Shown here: piece by piece, positions 24,333-26,264 of the stretch | Layout: every line of letters starts with the position of its first letter | Position numbering within the stretch: position 1 is the stretch's first letter | From: a virus | Taxonomy: Duplodnaviria; Caudoviricetes | Direction: 5' to 3' (one strand) | IMG/VR virus record: IMGVR_UViG_3300032320_000688 | Coordinates: 1-26,264 of that record | DNA length: 26,264 nucleotides | The notes under the pieces: generated by a model | Seen by the model: only the letters and a program-made list of their open reading frames with translations | Databases searched by the model: none | What the model was told of the DNA's origin: nothing | Made by a program: the position numbers and the translations under genes

Positions 24333-26186
24333 ATGGACGTAACGCAAGATATTCTTAGCGAGATTACGACTTACATGAAATATAGTAAGTTTGTACCGGA
24401 ATTAAACCGAAGAGAAACCTGGACAGAGTTAGTAACAAGAAATAAGGAAATGCACCAGGAAAAGTTTCCACAGTTAAAAGATGAAATTGAAAATGCATAT
24501 AAGTTGGTCTACGATAAAAAGGTATTGCCTTCAATGCGTAGTTTGCAATTCGCTGGTAAGCCCATTGAGCTTAATAATTCTCGTATATTTAATTGTTCTT
24601 TTCTTCCTATCAATGATTGGAGAGCATTTAGTGAAATAATGTTCTTATTACTATCAGGATGTGGTGTTGGATATAGTGTTCAAACACACCATGTAGATAG
24701 TTTACCTGAAATAACAATACCAACTAAACATAAAAGATATTTAGTAGGTGACAGTATTGAAGGTTGGGCAGACGCCGTTAGAATGCTTTGTAAAGCATAC
24801 TTTACAGGCGGAGCATTGCCTATATTTGATTTTAGAGACATCAGACCAAAAGGCGCTCAGTTAATCACTGTTGGTGGTAAAGCACCTGGTCCTGAACCAT
24901 TAAAAGAATGTTTATTTAACTTACAGAAAATATTTGATCGTAAACAAAACGGTGAAAGATTAACAACAGTAGAAACACACGATATGGCCTGTCATATTGC
25001 CGATGCAGTATTATCAGGTGGTATTCGTAGAGCAGCATTAATTGCATTATTTGATTTAGATGATGAAGCAATGTTAACATGTAAGTTTGGTAGCTGGTGG
25101 GAAGAAAATCCTCAACGTGGTAGAGCAAACAATAGTGCTGTAGTAATGCGTCATAAAATTGATGAAGAAGAATTCTTTAAACTATGGAAAAAAATTGAAT
25201 TAAGTGGATCTGGTGAACCAGGTATTTATTTCAGTAATGATAAAGATTGGGGAACAAATCCATGTTGTGAAATTGCACTTAGACCATTCCAATTCTGTAA
25301 CTTATGTGAAGTAAATGTTTCAAATATTGAATCACAAGAAGATCTAAACGAACGTGTTAAAATAGGTGCGTTTATTGGTACATTACAAGCAGCATATACA
25401 GATTTCCATTATCTTAGAGATATATGGCAAAAAACAACCGAAAAAGATGCATTATTAGGCGTTGGAATGACAGGTATTGGTTCTGGGGTTATATTAAATT
25501 ATGATTTAAAGAAAGCAGCTGATTTAGCTAAAGACGAAAATACTCGTGTAGCAGAAATTATTGGCATAAATAAAGCAGCTCGTGTAACTACAGTAAAACC
25601 ATCAGGTACTAGTTCATTAGTATTAGGAAGTAGCAGTGGTATTCATAGCTGGCATGATAAACATTATATCAGACGTATCAGAGTAGGTAAAAATGAAGCA
25701 ATTTATACACATCTTGCTATTCATCACCCTGAATTATTAGAAGACGATTTCTTTAAACCTACCATCCAGGCTATAATATCTATTCCTCAAAAAGCACCAG
25801 AAGGCGCTATTATACGCAGTGAAGAATCAGCATTGATGCTATTAGAACGTGTTAGAAAGTTTAATATGGAGTGGGTAAGAAAAGGCCATCGTAAGGGAGC
25901 TAATACAAATAATGTATCTGCAACTATATCTGTTAGAAATGAAGAATGGAAAGAAGTAGGAGAATGGATGTGGAAATATAAGGACACATTTAACGGTCTA
26001 TCAGTTTTGCCTTTCTCAGATCACACTTATACTCAAGCACCTTTTGAAACAATCACTGAAGAACAATTTAATGAAATGGTAAATCATCTTCATTCTGTAG
26101 ATTTGAGTAAGGTGGTAGAATTTAGTGATGAAACCGCATTGATGGATCAAGTTGCATGTGCTTCAGGGGCTTGCGAAATAGTGTAA
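24333..26186 (+). CDS. nrdJ: Ribonucleotide reductase class II (adenosylcobalamin-dependent)
   Basis: FNCSF, GCGVG, GGIRRAA, TNPCCEI, CNL, VKPSGT and C-terminal redox pair CASGACEI; 617 aa, no ATP cone. Confidence 0.92.
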   Translation: MDVTQDILSEITTYMKYSKFVPELNRRETWTELVTRNKEMHQEKFPQLKDEIENAYKLVYDKKVLPSMRSLQFAGKPIELNNSRIFNCSFLPINDWRAFSEIMFLLLSGCGVGYSVQTHHVDSLPEITIPTKHKRYLVGDSIEGWADAVRMLCKAYFTGGALPIFDFRDIRPKGAQLITVGGKAPGPEPLKECLFNLQKIFDRKQNGERLTTVETHDMACHIADAVLSGGIRRAALIALFDLDDEAMLTCKFGSWWEENPQRGRANNSAVVMRHKIDEEEFFKLWKKIELSGSGEPGIYFSNDKDWGTNPCCEIALRPFQFCNLCEVNVSNIESQEDLNERVKIGAFIGTLQAAYTDFHYLRDIWQKTTEKDALLGVGMTGIGSGVILNYDLKKAADLAKDENTRVAEIIGINKAARVTTVKPSGTSSLVLGSSSGIHSWHDKHYIRRIRVGKNEAIYTHLAIHHPELLEDDFFKPTIQAIISIPQKAPEGAIIRSEESALMLLERVRKFNMEWVRKGHRKGANTNNVSATISVRNEEWKEVGEWMWKYKDTFNGLSVLPFSDHTYTQAPFETITEEQFNEMVNHLHSVDLSKVVEFSDETALMDQVACASGACEIV

Positions 26187-26203
26187 TGGAGGATCATGTG
26201 AAA

Positions 26204-26253
26204 GTATATTTCTATTATATTTATTGGAAACAATATTTATGATAGGAATATAC
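26204..26253 (+). promoter_or_regulatory. Promoter plus start-codon-sequestering hairpin upstream of a GIY-YIG gene
   Basis: GTATATTTCTATTAT (26204-26218) pairs with ATGATAGGAATATAC (26239-26253; two G-U pairs). Inner TATTG-GAAA-CAATA at 26222-26235. Confidence 0.8.
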
Positions 26254-26264
26254 AAAATCACAAA
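26239..26264 (+). CDS. 5' end of a probable GIY-YIG homing endonuclease (partial)
   Basis: ATG ATA GGA ATA TAC AAA ATC ACA = MIGIYKIT, the typical GIY-YIG N-terminus; only 8 codons visible. Confidence 0.7.

Noticed and set aside
1559-25987. Remaining minus-strand ORFs in the track (1559, 5792, 8162, 12006, 16092, 17293, 18525, 19042, 19657, 22117, 22991, 24916, 25787)
   Set aside because: All lie opposite well-supported + strand genes and show no recognisable motifs.
1-26264. Genome-wide TGA or TAG reassignment
   Set aside because: Long genes are intact under the standard code, use TGG for Trp, and four genes end in TAG at sensible positions; only one in-frame TGA was found.
1-26264. tRNA, rRNA, CRISPR array, intron or intein
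   Set aside because: Intergenic gaps are short, I saw no repeat-spacer or cloverleaf pattern, and helicase, RecA and RNR have uninterrupted normal lengths.

Overview
AT-rich fragment of a large contractile-tailed (myovirus-like) phage, with every credible gene on the + strand. Positions 1-16 kb hold a tail module: tail-fibre end, sheath, tube, T4 gp26-like chaperone, tape measure, baseplate proteins, and a hub with a C-terminal M15 peptidase. Positions 16-26 kb hold a replication/nucleotide module: divergent family-A polymerase, gp32-like SSB, RecA/UvsX, 5'-3' exonuclease, DnaB-like helicase, thioredoxin and class II RNR (NrdJ). A-rich leaders without Shine-Dalgarno sequences, and a repeated TTGG-N19-TATATT(T/C)A promoter resembling the Bacteroidota -33/-7 promoter, suggest a Bacteroidota host (inference). 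Main observations not shown by the ORF track: (1) three free-standing endonuclease genes share a 20-nt box, TATATTTATTGG(A/T)AACAA(T/C)A, that combines the promoter motif with a hairpin hiding the translation start; (2) a probable programmed +1/-2 frameshift at TTT-TTT-T in the chaperone gene just before the tape measure; (3) a Cys-rich gene with one in-frame TGA, in a window where no gene ends in TGA; (4) a thumb-truncated PolA with altered motifs; (5) two small proteins sharing a KRMQxLAG...NE leader. All calls come from reading the sequence by eye; no searches or folding were run.
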